NCBI GenBank assembly: GCA_944392815.1
Contig: CALXXY010000003.1
Span: forward strand, 1 to 64,000
Origin: an uncultured Alphaproteobacteria bacterium
Lineage (GTDB): Bacteria > Pseudomonadota > Alphaproteobacteria > Rs-D84
Direction: 5' to 3'
Length of the DNA: 64,000 nucleotides
The notes beneath the pieces are model-generated. The model was not told where the DNA came from. It saw only the letters and a list, made by a program, of their open reading frames with translations, and made no database searches. The position numbers and the translations under genes were made by a program. Shown piece by piece: positions 39,203 through 48,398 of the stretch; the first letter of the stretch is position 1; each line of letters begins with the position of its first letter.

Positions 39203-39475
39203 TTAACGCTGTTTGCCCCCACAGTTTTTACACAAATAATCCGCCAACTTTATCACGATATCGGTCATATGTTCGTCGGGCAACGCCGCCGAACGAATAA
39301 CCTTGATACGACCTGGAACCTCGCGCAATACAGAATGTTCCAATTCCAGCCCGTCCAGATATTTCAACACATGGCACGACGCCATATCAGCGTCACATCT
39401 GTTGAAAACACTTTTACGCCCCATTGAATCAAAACGAAAGACAACCTGTATAGATTTTTTATTAATATTCGGCAT
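39203..39475 (-). CDS. Hypothetical protein
   Basis: About 90-aa ORF with AAAGGTGG RBS inside the rpsP operon. Confidence 0.55.
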   Translation of the reverse strand: MPNINKKSIQVVFRFDSMGRKSVFNRCDADMASCHVLKYLDGLELEHSVLREVPGRIKVIRSAALPDEHMTDIVIKLADYLCKNCGGKQR

Positions 39476-39509
39476 TAACTTTCCACCTTTGTATATTGAT
39501 ATAACAAAA

Positions 39510-39803
39510 TTATTTTGATTTTTGCCACACACGTTTATAAACATGCACCAAACCGCCATCAAAATAAAATTTACCGTCCATAAACAAACGCTGACCATTG
39601 CAATCCGGCAAATTACCATACTGATTTACAATATACGGACATTTTGCCCCAGACGGAATAATTCTGTATCCATCATCAGTGTATTTATAATTGGCAAATA
39701 CAGGACACACATGCACACACGGACAACGCCCAGCACGAATAACCCCACGTGGCACATAAACACGGTCTTTGACATCTTCTAAGACAAATGGTTTTGGCAT
39801 CAT
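39510..39803 (-). CDS. Hypothetical Cys-rich small protein
   Basis: 97 aa with CPCxxxC...CP...C. Confidence 0.55.
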   Translation of the reverse strand: MMPKPFVLEDVKDRVYVPRGVIRAGRCPCVHVCPVFANYKYTDDGYRIIPSGAKCPYIVNQYGNLPDCNGQRLFMDGKFYFDGGLVHVYKRVWQKSK

Positions 39804-39815
39804 ATTGTTTTCACC

Positions 39816-40280
39816 CTATAATTTTACAATTTTATTATCAAAATCCACATTTGCACCAACAAACGAAACAAAATCGCCGTTATCCAGTTCGATAATATCG
39901 CCGGCCCCAAAATTTTGAAATCCGGCAATGCGCCCGATTTCCACACCATAGCGCAGCACACGCATACCAATTAAATCGGCCTGATAATATTCCCCAGCAC
40001 CCGGCGCCGGCAAATCATCACGATTGATAAACAATTCAACACCACGCAACATTTCAGCCGCATTGCGGTCATTCACACCATCAATCCGGGCGATAATAAC
40101 AGACGACGACGGCACCACGCGCACGAAATGAAACGCCCCATCTGGAACATGCGTCCCATGCACCCGCAAATCTTTCATATCAACGGGTGTGGCGGTATAT
40201 GTTTGGACACGAACCTCGCCCCGGACGCCCTGGGGTGCGACAATTTTCCCGACCAAGATTTGTTTACCGTTATCGTGCAT
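39816..40280 (-). CDS. rimM: Ribosome maturation factor RimM
   Basis: VGKIVAPQGVRGEVRV, DRNAAE.LRG, EYYQADLIG, NFGAGDII. Confidence 0.93.
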   Translation of the reverse strand: MHDNGKQILVGKIVAPQGVRGEVRVQTYTATPVDMKDLRVHGTHVPDGAFHFVRVVPSSSVIIARIDGVNDRNAAEMLRGVELFINRDDLPAPGAGEYYQADLIGMRVLRYGVEIGRIAGFQNFGAGDIIELDNGDFVSFVGANVDFDNKIVKL

Positions 40281-40515
40281 TTTCTTGTTTTTTGTCCGCC
40301 AATTTTTTCCGCAGCAATTCAAAGAACGCAAACGGATTTTCATGTTTTTGATCCGCCAGATATCTGCAATACACCGGCATAGCAGGGCAATCGCCATACT
40401 GATAAACGTAAATTTTACTGTTTTTATACGCAGATATTTTCAATTGACGTTGAAATTCAGCATTTTGTTGCGAATAAGTGCATTCAATATCTGGATTAAT
40501 TGGACATTTTGGCAT
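40270..40515 (-). CDS. Hypothetical small protein
   Basis: 81 aa with CP...C...CP...C; overlaps the rimM start. Confidence 0.5.
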   Translation of the reverse strand: MPKCPINPDIECTYSQQNAEFQRQLKISAYKNSKIYVYQYGDCPAMPVYCRYLADQKHENPFAFFELLRKKLADKKQENAR

Positions 40516-40572
40516 TTATCAACCCCATACATTCGAAAACTATGCCCGGGAAATCCCGGGCATATTGCAAAA

Positions 40573-41040
40573 TTATTCGGCAACAGGTGCAGTTTCTTCT
40601 GCAGCAGGCGCTTCCTCGGCCGGGGCACTTTCTTCGGCTGGCGCTTCGGCGGCCGCCTTGGCAGCGGCCTCGGCTGCGGCTTGTTCTTCGGCTATTTTGG
40701 CCAATTTTTCCTGTTTATCTTTGATTTTCATCAAAGTTTTTTCTGACTGTTGATTTTTCTTGGTCTGATTTGGCACCACACGTGCAGCCACCAACCCAGC
40801 ATTCGCCAGAAAACGATACACACGGTCAGATGGTTTTGCACCCTTGGCCAACCAATCTTTGATTTCATCAATTTTTAAAATAACGCGTTTTTCGCTGTCG
40901 CGCGGCAACATCGGGTCATATTTACCCACAGTCGCCAAAATATTGCCAGAATTACGCGCATTGCGTGAATCCGTGACAACAACATGATAATACGGGCGTT
41001 TTTTTGCACCGAAACGCGCCAATCTGATAACAGTTGCCAT
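40573..41040 (-). CDS. rpsP: 30S ribosomal protein S16 with Ala/Glu-rich extension
   Basis: IRLARFGAKKRPYY, DSR, GKYDPML, GAKPSDRV. Confidence 0.97.
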   Translation of the reverse strand: MATVIRLARFGAKKRPYYHVVVTDSRNARNSGNILATVGKYDPMLPRDSEKRVILKIDEIKDWLAKGAKPSDRVYRFLANAGLVAARVVPNQTKKNQQSEKTLMKIKDKQEKLAKIAEEQAAAEAAAKAAAEAPAEESAPAEEAPAAEETAPVAE

Positions 41041-41084
41041 AATTTTGCTCCTTTTTTCATTAACTGTTTAACCCCATACAGAAA

Positions 41085-41180
41085 ACCACACACCAAAGAC
41101 GAACACTCGTCAGATGATGTACCAAGTGCATACCGCACACTGGGATAACTGTGATGGCAATCTTTGGGATTTGCGTTGGC
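41085..41180 (-). ncRNA. Structured RNA upstream of rpsP (leader or small RNA)
   Basis: TTGACT-17-CAAAAT promoter; irregular rod ACGCA/TGTGT, CCAAAGAT/GTCTTTGG, CAG/CTG, CCA-GTGTG/TGCAC-T-TGG. Confidence 0.45.
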
Positions 41181-41293
41181 TATTTTGTACTAAAAAACCG
41201 AAAAAGTCAAATATTTTATGTATTTTTATAATGCAAACAAAAATATTCTTTTGTATACTTACATTCGCGAAACAACAATCAAAAGGAGAAAAC

Positions 41294-41707
41294 ATGAAAA
41301 AATTATCCGCATTGGCATTGGCCACCATCGCATTGACCGCATGCGGCGACAACGCGCCAACACCGGCCGATTTCGCCACAATTGAAACAGAAATTCAAAA
41401 TTCTGCCACCGCCGACACACCAATTTCCATTGTTGCCCTGGGCGCAAATGGCGACTATGTAATCGCTTTGCCGGCGAACGAAACAGTGACGGCCATTGCC
41501 GCGAAAAAGAAATCCGTCGCATTCCTGTCCGTTGAAAATCCGGCGCAATACGTGACCGAGGGCAAATGTTTACTGAACATCATTCCACAAAACACAATGA
41601 TGGCAATGAACACCCCAGAAAACAAATGTAATTTCCGTTTGTTCTGTGGCACAGCCGACGACATCAACAACAACGAATTCTATGCAGTTGAACTGTGTTC
41701 GGAATAA
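41294..41707 (+). CDS. Lipoprotein of unknown function
   Basis: MKKLSALALATIALTAC lipobox; AAAGGAG RBS. Confidence 0.8.
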   Translation: MKKLSALALATIALTACGDNAPTPADFATIETEIQNSATADTPISIVALGANGDYVIALPANETVTAIAAKKKSVAFLSVENPAQYVTEGKCLLNIIPQNTMMAMNTPENKCNFRLFCGTADDINNNEFYAVELCSE

Positions 41708-41720
41708 TAAAAACACAAAA

Positions 41721-41752
41721 ATAAAAAATCCCGCAAATGCGGGATTTTTTAT
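41721..41752. terminator. Bidirectional intrinsic terminator
   Basis: ATAAAAAATCCCGC-AAAT-GCGGGATTTTTTAT. Confidence 0.85.
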
Positions 41753-43005
41753 TAATACCAACCGCGCAATTTCATAGCGGCCGCCACACGTTTGATTGAA
41801 TGCATGTATGCGGCTTCGCGCATAGACACATTGTATTCTTCTTTGATTTTATAAATCGCATCAAACGCAGATTTCATCGCGGCGATTTCTTTTTGTTCCA
41901 CTTCGGATTCAGGCCAATAATACCCATACCGGTTTTGCACCCATTCGAAATATGACACAGTCACACCGCCGGCGTTTGCCAAAATATCCGGAACAACCGT
42001 CACACCGTTTTTCAGCAAAATTTCTTCGCCGTCCAGTGTTGTCGGGCCGTTGGCGCCTTCGACCACCAGTTTTGTTTTAATCAATGGCGCAGTATCATCA
42101 TTGATTGTATTTTCCATCGCACACGGCGACAACACATCAACGTCCAGCCCCCAGAATTCTTCGGCACTGATTTCTGTCGCACCTGGGAATCCCTGGATAT
42201 TGCCTTTGTGTTGCGCCTTGTATTCCATTAACGCATCGATATCCAACCCGCCTTCGTTATACAGCGTCACATTCCATTCGGCAATCGCAACAATTTTTGC
42301 GCCCATATCATGCGCACATTTCGCGGTAAAACTGCCGACATTGCCAAATCCCTGAACAGCAATACGCGCACCACGAATGTCTTTGCCTTGCTTTTTCAAC
42401 GCTTCGCCCATGATAATGGAAATCCCCAGGCCTGTTGCCTTGCCACGACCCAAAGATCCCGCTAATTCAACGGGTTTGCCTGTAAATGTACCAAACGCAG
42501 ATTCACCAGATAATTTGATATATTCGTCCGTCATCCACGCCATAATCTGGGCGTTGGTATTAACATCAGGGGCGGGCACATCGCGCTTTTCACCCAAAAT
42601 AGGATAGATCGCATCAACATATCCACGACACAAACGTTCCAATTCACCGGCGGACAATTCTTTTGGATTAACGATAACGCCACCTTTGCCGCCGCCATAC
42701 GGAATGCCGGTCACAGAACATTTAAATGTCATCCAAATGGACAGGGCAGCAACCTCGTCCCGGGTCACATTTTGATGGAATCGAATTCCACCCTTGGACG
42801 GGCCCACAGCGGTATTATGCTGGGCACGGAACCCAGTAAACACGCGCACAGAACCATCGTCCATTTTAACAGGAATCGACACTTCGACCATACGTTGCGG
42901 ATATTTTAAAATTTCATAAACGTCCGCCGGCATGCCCAATTTTTCACACGCGACACGCACACGCTGCTGTGCAGCAATTAACGGATTTAAATTTTCATTT
43001 GCCAT
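41752..43005 (-). CDS. gdhA: Glutamate dehydrogenase (Glu/Leu/Phe/Val family)
   Basis: GPSKGGIRFH, MTFKC, GGGKGG, DVPAPD, QGFGNVG, EGANGP, NAGGVTVSYFEW. Confidence 0.95.
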   Translation of the reverse strand: MANENLNPLIAAQQRVRVACEKLGMPADVYEILKYPQRMVEVSIPVKMDDGSVRVFTGFRAQHNTAVGPSKGGIRFHQNVTRDEVAALSIWMTFKCSVTGIPYGGGKGGVIVNPKELSAGELERLCRGYVDAIYPILGEKRDVPAPDVNTNAQIMAWMTDEYIKLSGESAFGTFTGKPVELAGSLGRGKATGLGISIIMGEALKKQGKDIRGARIAVQGFGNVGSFTAKCAHDMGAKIVAIAEWNVTLYNEGGLDIDALMEYKAQHKGNIQGFPGATEISAEEFWGLDVDVLSPCAMENTINDDTAPLIKTKLVVEGANGPTTLDGEEILLKNGVTVVPDILANAGGVTVSYFEWVQNRYGYYWPESEVEQKEIAAMKSAFDAIYKIKEEYNVSMREAAYMHSIKRVAAAMKLRGWY

Positions 43006-43084
43006 AACTTTTCCCCTTTATTGGTTTGCATACAGCAATGAAAAATCCTAGAACCATAGTATAAAAAAATCAATCACAAAATCA

Positions 43085-44299
43085 TTACCGCCGGTTTACA
43101 GCACGCAAAATTGGATTCAGCATTACAACCAATACAAATGCCAACGCAAAAAACAAAATAATTGTTGGAACGATACCGAAACTATCCAGTATTGGCTTTA
43201 ACAAAATCATTATTACGCCAGACACCCCACTTTTTATCATAGAACCAATTGAAATAACCGTGCCACGTTCATGCGATTCCGTGCGTTCATGAATAAAACC
43301 ATTAAACACTAATTTTACCAACGCCTGGACGGCCGGCACAATCGCCATAATCACACACAACACATAAACAATTGGCATATTACCCGCGGCCCAAATTGCG
43401 CCCAACGCTGCCCCAAAACCAGCAAAAATCCATATTACTGACAACCACAGGGTTTTATTATTGCCCAACCGTTCAATTGATTTATACGCAAATTTATAAC
43501 ACAACATGCGCGCCACATTGTTTATCCCCAGAATCACACCAAACAACGCCACCGGCACCAACGCCGCAACCATAACGGGCTGCATCAACCACAGCACAAT
43601 TGTAGCAAATGTCCCATACAATGCCGAATACAGCATCAGTTTTGGCAACTCTGGGTGCCGGGCCGTCATACTAACAATTTTCAAACAATCCCGCAGCGGG
43701 CTGGATTCTGGGGCAACCTTGCGTTTTACTTCTGTTATTTCTGGGATAAAGAACAGTATTAAAAACATAATCAATGCCGCCATAGCATTTACCGCCAAAA
43801 CTAAATTTTGACTGATTGCGAATAACGCGCCACCAATCAAAGTTCCAACCATTGTCCCAGCTGTGCCAATCGTATTAACTGAACCATTTTCGCGCAAATA
43901 CGTCTTTTCTGCACCATCGCGTTTCAGCAAATCATATATGTATGCTTCTTTGGTTCCGCTGAACAGCGCAGTTGCCACCCCCAATCCGGACTCGCACAAC
44001 AGCACCGCCCAAAAACCAGTTCCAAACAATAATATTGAAAAAGACAAAAACGTCGCAAGCGCGCCCAAAATCAATATTTTCCGCCGCGAAAAAACATCTG
44101 CCAAATACCCACTGGGGATTTCAAACAAAAACGCGACAATGCGAAATATTCCCTGAATCATAAAAAAATCGCCCAATCCGACCCCTTTGTTTTGATAAAT
44201 CAAAACGATAACAGGCAATATTGGAACAAACAGATGGAAAAATTCGGCAACCTTCAAAATCCATAACGCGGTTTTCGTTTCCCGCGACAACATAGACAT
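43085..44299 (-). CDS. MFS transporter
   Basis: About 12 TM; FEIPSGYLADVFSRRK, ALFSGTKEAYIYD. Confidence 0.9.
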   Translation of the reverse strand: MSMLSRETKTALWILKVAEFFHLFVPILPVIVLIYQNKGVGLGDFFMIQGIFRIVAFLFEIPSGYLADVFSRRKILILGALATFLSFSILLFGTGFWAVLLCESGLGVATALFSGTKEAYIYDLLKRDGAEKTYLRENGSVNTIGTAGTMVGTLIGGALFAISQNLVLAVNAMAALIMFLILFFIPEITEVKRKVAPESSPLRDCLKIVSMTARHPELPKLMLYSALYGTFATIVLWLMQPVMVAALVPVALFGVILGINNVARMLCYKFAYKSIERLGNNKTLWLSVIWIFAGFGAALGAIWAAGNMPIVYVLCVIMAIVPAVQALVKLVFNGFIHERTESHERGTVISIGSMIKSGVSGVIMILLKPILDSFGIVPTIILFFALAFVLVVMLNPILRAVNRR

Positions 44300-44320
44300 T
44301 TTGTGGTCTTTTTATTTTTA

Positions 44321-44505
44321 TTGGTGCGCGACGCGAGGATACCCGACTCACACCAACCCAAACGTATTTCTGGTGCGGGCGAAGGGAATCCGAACGATTA
44401 AGCACCCGACGCGCGCCGTTATTAGGCGCAAGTCGTTGGTGCGCGACGCGAGGATACCCGACTCACATCAGCCCAAATAAATCTCTGGTGCGGGCGAAGG
44501 GAATC
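44321..44505 (-). repeat. tRNA-Gly-linked direct repeat (about 70-bp shared block, 115-bp period)
   Basis: 44321-44390 and 44436-44505 share TTGGTGCGCGACGCGAGGATACCCGACTCACA...TCTGGTGCGGGCGAAGGGAATC. Confidence 0.9.
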
Positions 44506-44559
44506 GAACCCTCGTCTTCAGCTTGGGAAGCTGACGTGCTACCATTATACCACGCCCGC
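44486..44559 (-). tRNA. tRNA-Gly(CCC)
   Basis: GCGGGCGTGGTATAATGGTAG...TCAGC-TTCCCAA-GCTGA...GGTTCGATTCC...CCCGCACCA. Confidence 0.95.
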
Positions 44560-44609
44560 GCACTGCGTGATTCTATACCACGCACAAAAAAATGTCCAGT
44601 TTTTATTTT

Positions 44610-45248
44610 TTATCTGCTTTGCGAATATACATTTATTGGACGCCTGTCCCAACTCGCATTTTCTTTGACAACACGTGCAGGGTTCCCAGCAATAACACAA
44701 TTTGGTTTGTCAAATGTTCCGCTTACCACCGCACCAGTGCCAATAATGCACCCATCTGCAATTTTTGTATTTTTGCATATTGTGGCACCATAACCAACCC
44801 AGACATGATTTCCAATTGTCACATATTTGCCAAAATTTGTCACATTACCCTGCATATCTGTAATCGTATGCGTATCACTGGCCCAAATAATAATTTTTTC
44901 TGAAAACTGACAATCTTCGCCTATGGATATATTGACATTATCTTCGCGCACACGAATATCAGCAGAAACAAACGTAGTTCCAGCCCCAACAGATAAAGAA
45001 CAATTATTGCAATCGCCAGCCCCAAACCCCAGGTGTACCGCCAATCCCCCACCCACAGAATCGATACGTACACGGTTATTATCACCATAAATGCTCAATT
45101 TTGGTACAGAATGTTTCCCAACCACAACATCGTTGCCAACACCATGAATTCCGCGATAATTTTTAATACTATAACTGATAATCTTTATGCCGAACACATA
45201 TATATGAACACGTCCAGAATCACTAATCGTCTTTTTTATAATGCGCAT
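44610..45248 (-). CDS. Left-handed beta-helix (hexapeptide) O-acyltransferase
   Basis: SIGEDCQFS, SDTH, IGNHVWVG, IIGTGAVV, IAGNPARVVK. Confidence 0.85.
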   Translation of the reverse strand: MRIIKKTISDSGRVHIYVFGIKIISYSIKNYRGIHGVGNDVVVGKHSVPKLSIYGDNNRVRIDSVGGGLAVHLGFGAGDCNNCSLSVGAGTTFVSADIRVREDNVNISIGEDCQFSEKIIIWASDTHTITDMQGNVTNFGKYVTIGNHVWVGYGATICKNTKIADGCIIGTGAVVSGTFDKPNCVIAGNPARVVKENASWDRRPINVYSQSR

Positions 45249-45260
45249 ATCCCCCCCCCA

Positions 45261-45476
45261 TTATCGTTGCTTTGCATTTAATTCGCGCTGTAATTTTTCA
45301 AATTGTGCAGGTGCGGCCCGCAACAGTTTTCTGTTTGGATTGCTGCGCGCCATAGATTTACGCAATGCCGCCAATTTTCCCAAAATCGTAAACGCCCCGC
45401 ATGATTTCGCACAATTTTCCGCCGATGAAATCATCGCCAACAATTGATTCCAATCTAATTCGCGTTTTGCGTCCAT
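45261..45476 (-). CDS. Hypothetical small protein
   Basis: 71 aa, start overlaps the LysM gene stop (TAATG). Confidence 0.55.
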   Translation of the reverse strand: MDAKRELDWNQLLAMISSAENCAKSCGAFTILGKLAALRKSMARSNPNRKLLRAAPAQFEKLQRELNAKQR

Positions 45477-46630
45477 TATTTTCCTGTACCACCAGTTGGA
45501 ATTTGTAAATTTTGATTTGGGAAAATCAAATTTGGATTTTCGATATTATTACGTTCGGCGATTATACTGAACAACACGCCACGACGCAGGAAATTGCGCG
45601 CAATAATCCACAAACAATCACCACGACGCACAGTATAATACGTATCGTCATCACCGGTCATTTCCGGCATAGTAAATTTATGATTTACTTCGGCAATAGT
45701 GCGCCCATCGCCATCATGCAAACGCACAGTCAATTTATATTCCTGGCCAGATTTTAAATCGCCAACGTCCGCACCCAATCCAAAATGTTTGTAATCAGAA
45801 ACGCGTGCAAACCCCAGATATTTATCGTCCAACGACAACGACACACGCAACCGTGGCAATGAATCACCCGTCACCACAATACGCCCAGTATCCAGATAGT
45901 CAATTTTGGACACAACCAAATCGCCATCAACCAACATAGTTGGTGCCTGCAACAAAGTGCTGCCATCATCTGTCATCAATAACGATACAGAATTTTGATA
46001 TCCACGTTCAGAAATATACACAAACACATTTTCATCAGATTTCACATTTCCACGAATGCCAATCAATGAAATTGTATAGTTTCCTGCCTCAAACGCACGG
46101 GCGGGCGAATACACAAACTCGCCATTTTTGTCTGTGCGTTCTGTTGCAACAATTTCGCCATTTATAACAATGGAAACACTGTCATCTGCGACCCAACGTC
46201 CCGCGACAACAACTGTACCCTGGGGTTCAATACGCACAATATCAAACGTCGGCACGCTGACCTGTTCAAACGTTTCGGCCACAATACGTGTTGTTGGTTC
46301 TGCGACCGGTGGCACAACGACGACAGTATCACTTGGGCGATGAAAAAACGCCACCCATACCGCCACCAACACAACAAACACAGCACACAGAATAGGGAAC
46401 CAATACGCAGCCACCCCACCACGACGCGTTTCTTTTTTCTGACCCGTCGGATTTTTATCTGCATCATGTGTCGGATTTGGACGGGCAAAAATATTCAGCG
46501 TTTTCAAAAAACGCCGCGCAAAAGTACGTCTGTTTTCCATCCAATCATTTTGCTGCGCAATTGCACTGTCAATCAAATCGTCCGTTGAACGTTTTGTTTT
46601 TCCCATACTAGATTTATTGCTGGCGACCAT
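45476..46630 (-). CDS. Membrane-anchored LysM-domain protein with Ig-like regions
   Basis: TM segment, PTFDIVRIEPQGTVVVAGR, YTVRRGDCLWIIA...IENPNLIFPNQ. Confidence 0.85.
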   Translation of the reverse strand: MVASNKSSMGKTKRSTDDLIDSAIAQQNDWMENRRTFARRFLKTLNIFARPNPTHDADKNPTGQKKETRRGGVAAYWFPILCAVFVVLVAVWVAFFHRPSDTVVVVPPVAEPTTRIVAETFEQVSVPTFDIVRIEPQGTVVVAGRWVADDSVSIVINGEIVATERTDKNGEFVYSPARAFEAGNYTISLIGIRGNVKSDENVFVYISERGYQNSVSLLMTDDGSTLLQAPTMLVDGDLVVSKIDYLDTGRIVVTGDSLPRLRVSLSLDDKYLGFARVSDYKHFGLGADVGDLKSGQEYKLTVRLHDGDGRTIAEVNHKFTMPEMTGDDDTYYTVRRGDCLWIIARNFLRRGVLFSIIAERNNIENPNLIFPNQNLQIPTGGTGK

Positions 46631-46744
46631 ACTGAAATCTCCTGATAAATTATTAAATTTAATCTTTGGACAAATTATTGCAAATATAATTTCTTTGTCA
46701 ACTTATTTATGATATAATAGGGTGTTAATAAAACGGGGAAATTC

Positions 46745-47824
46745 ATGAAAAGAATAGGCATCATGACAACCGGCGGCGATTGTTCCGGTTTGAATACAGT
46801 AATCCAGCGTTTATACCGTGGCGCAACATTGCGTGGTTGGCGCACCATCGGAATTCTGGACGGCACAGACGGCCTGTGCACAACGCCACCAATGGTTCTG
46901 GAATTTGACAACGACACTTTACCGATTGAATCGGCACGCCTGGCGGGCAGTTTTCTGCACAACGGTCGCGCGGGCGCATTAAATTTTGAAACCGCGGCCG
47001 AAACGGGAAAATTGTCACAATTTAATAAACAATTACGCAAATCATTAACAGATTTAAAACTGGACGCGTTAATTTTAATCGGCGGCAATGGCAGTTTATC
47101 ACTCGCATGGCGCAATCGCGACATATATTCAGATCTGCAACTGATATGCATTCCAAAAACAATTGATATGGATATCCCGCTGACCGATAAAACAATCGGA
47201 TTCAACACTGCGGTTCAACAATTAACATCTTTCTGTGATCAATTAATGTTAACCGCCCGCAGTCATCACCGCTGGTTTGTGGTGCAAACAATGGGGCGCG
47301 ACTGCGGCCAGTTGGCTTTAAATGCAGGCATTGCAATCGGCGCAACCGCGATATTAATTCCAGAAATAAAATTCGACGTAAATTCATTAATCGAACACAT
47401 AAAAAATTTCCCACGCGATTATGGAATAATCCTTGTATCCGAAGGCATATCCCTGCGGGGACATTCTGGCCGCCCGGCGGATATGATATCCCGCAAATTA
47501 ACCGCGGCAAAAATATGCAATCGCACCGCATACCCCGAACACACCCAGCGTGTTGGCGACACCACCGCAGCGGACAGAATCCTGGCCGCCCGCATGGCGG
47601 ATTGTGCACTGCGTGCAATTGAAAATAATGAAACATATGTAATGACGGCGATCAAGGATTGCAAATGCGAAACGGTCAGTTTGGCGGACTTTTTCGCGGC
47701 GGGCGACGTGACGGCCGACCCCAATATTCCAGATTTACAAACGTCCGACGCATATGTATCACCGGACGACCCATTACTGGACATCGCAACCAGCATGGGC
47801 ATATACCTGGGCGAAATAAAATAA
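46745..47824 (+). CDS. pfkA: 6-phosphofructokinase (PfkA family, divergent)
   Basis: TTGGDCSGLN, IGGNGS, PKTIDMDI, IGFNTA, MGRDCG, HTQR. Confidence 0.85.
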   Translation: MKRIGIMTTGGDCSGLNTVIQRLYRGATLRGWRTIGILDGTDGLCTTPPMVLEFDNDTLPIESARLAGSFLHNGRAGALNFETAAETGKLSQFNKQLRKSLTDLKLDALILIGGNGSLSLAWRNRDIYSDLQLICIPKTIDMDIPLTDKTIGFNTAVQQLTSFCDQLMLTARSHHRWFVVQTMGRDCGQLALNAGIAIGATAILIPEIKFDVNSLIEHIKNFPRDYGIILVSEGISLRGHSGRPADMISRKLTAAKICNRTAYPEHTQRVGDTTAADRILAARMADCALRAIENNETYVMTAIKDCKCETVSLADFFAAGDVTADPNIPDLQTSDAYVSPDDPLLDIATSMGIYLGEIK

Positions 47825-47866
47825 TCCCACACCACGTGGGATTTTTATATTTCTTGTTTTTATTGA

Positions 47867-48127
47867 AGTCAATGGGGACATTGTTTTCGGGACCTAGAAA
47901 ATCCTGTAAGTATACACCCTGGAAGAAAACAAACACTGCTATTGTCGTATGATTATATTACTATCGCACAGGATGCCTGTTCAGATGGCTATATATCCGC
48001 CGGTACAGCCACCAGTTGCCTGGCACCCAATCCGGGCGGTTCGTGCATAATGTACGCCCCGGTGGGCGTATCGTATACAGACGCCACCGGCACATATGAA
48101 TTCGAACAACCCTGCGCCATGGAATAA
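47867..48127 (+). pseudogene. Start-less fragment of a small Cys-containing secreted-protein-like gene
   Basis: Open frame from TGA 47864 with no ATG before the conserved part and no signal peptide; ends CIMYAPVGVSYTDATGTYEFEQPCAME*. Confidence 0.5.
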
Positions 48128-48169
48128 AATACAAACCGTCGCGTTCTAAAATGCCCACCGCCACCGGGT

Positions 48170-48398
48170 CCCGCGCAAACATAGTTTGCGTGGGTGGTTC
48201 CAGGGCGGGGGGGGGGGTGACGGTCGTCAGACCGTCGGGGGGTGGAGCACAATGACCACCCCATCGCAGAACAAAGTTCCCCTCTACGGAGGGGTGGCAC
48301 GTAGTGCCGGGGTGGTATCCCGCGCCATTGGCGCGGACAACATCTACACTCTACACTCTAAACTCTATTATTCCCGCGCCGATGGCGCGGGAATAATA
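48170..48398. repeat. Composite palindromic repeat, copy B
   Basis: Several hairpins, G11 tract (48207-17), CCCCTC-TACG-GAGGGG, CCGCGCCA-T-TGGCGCGG, three ACTCT units at 7-bp period, TATTATTCCCGCGCC-GAT-GGCGCGGGAATAATA. Confidence 0.8.

Noticed and set aside
41095-41120. Hammerhead ribozyme (CTGACGA on the minus strand)
   Set aside because: No appropriately placed GAAA and stem II/III arrangement
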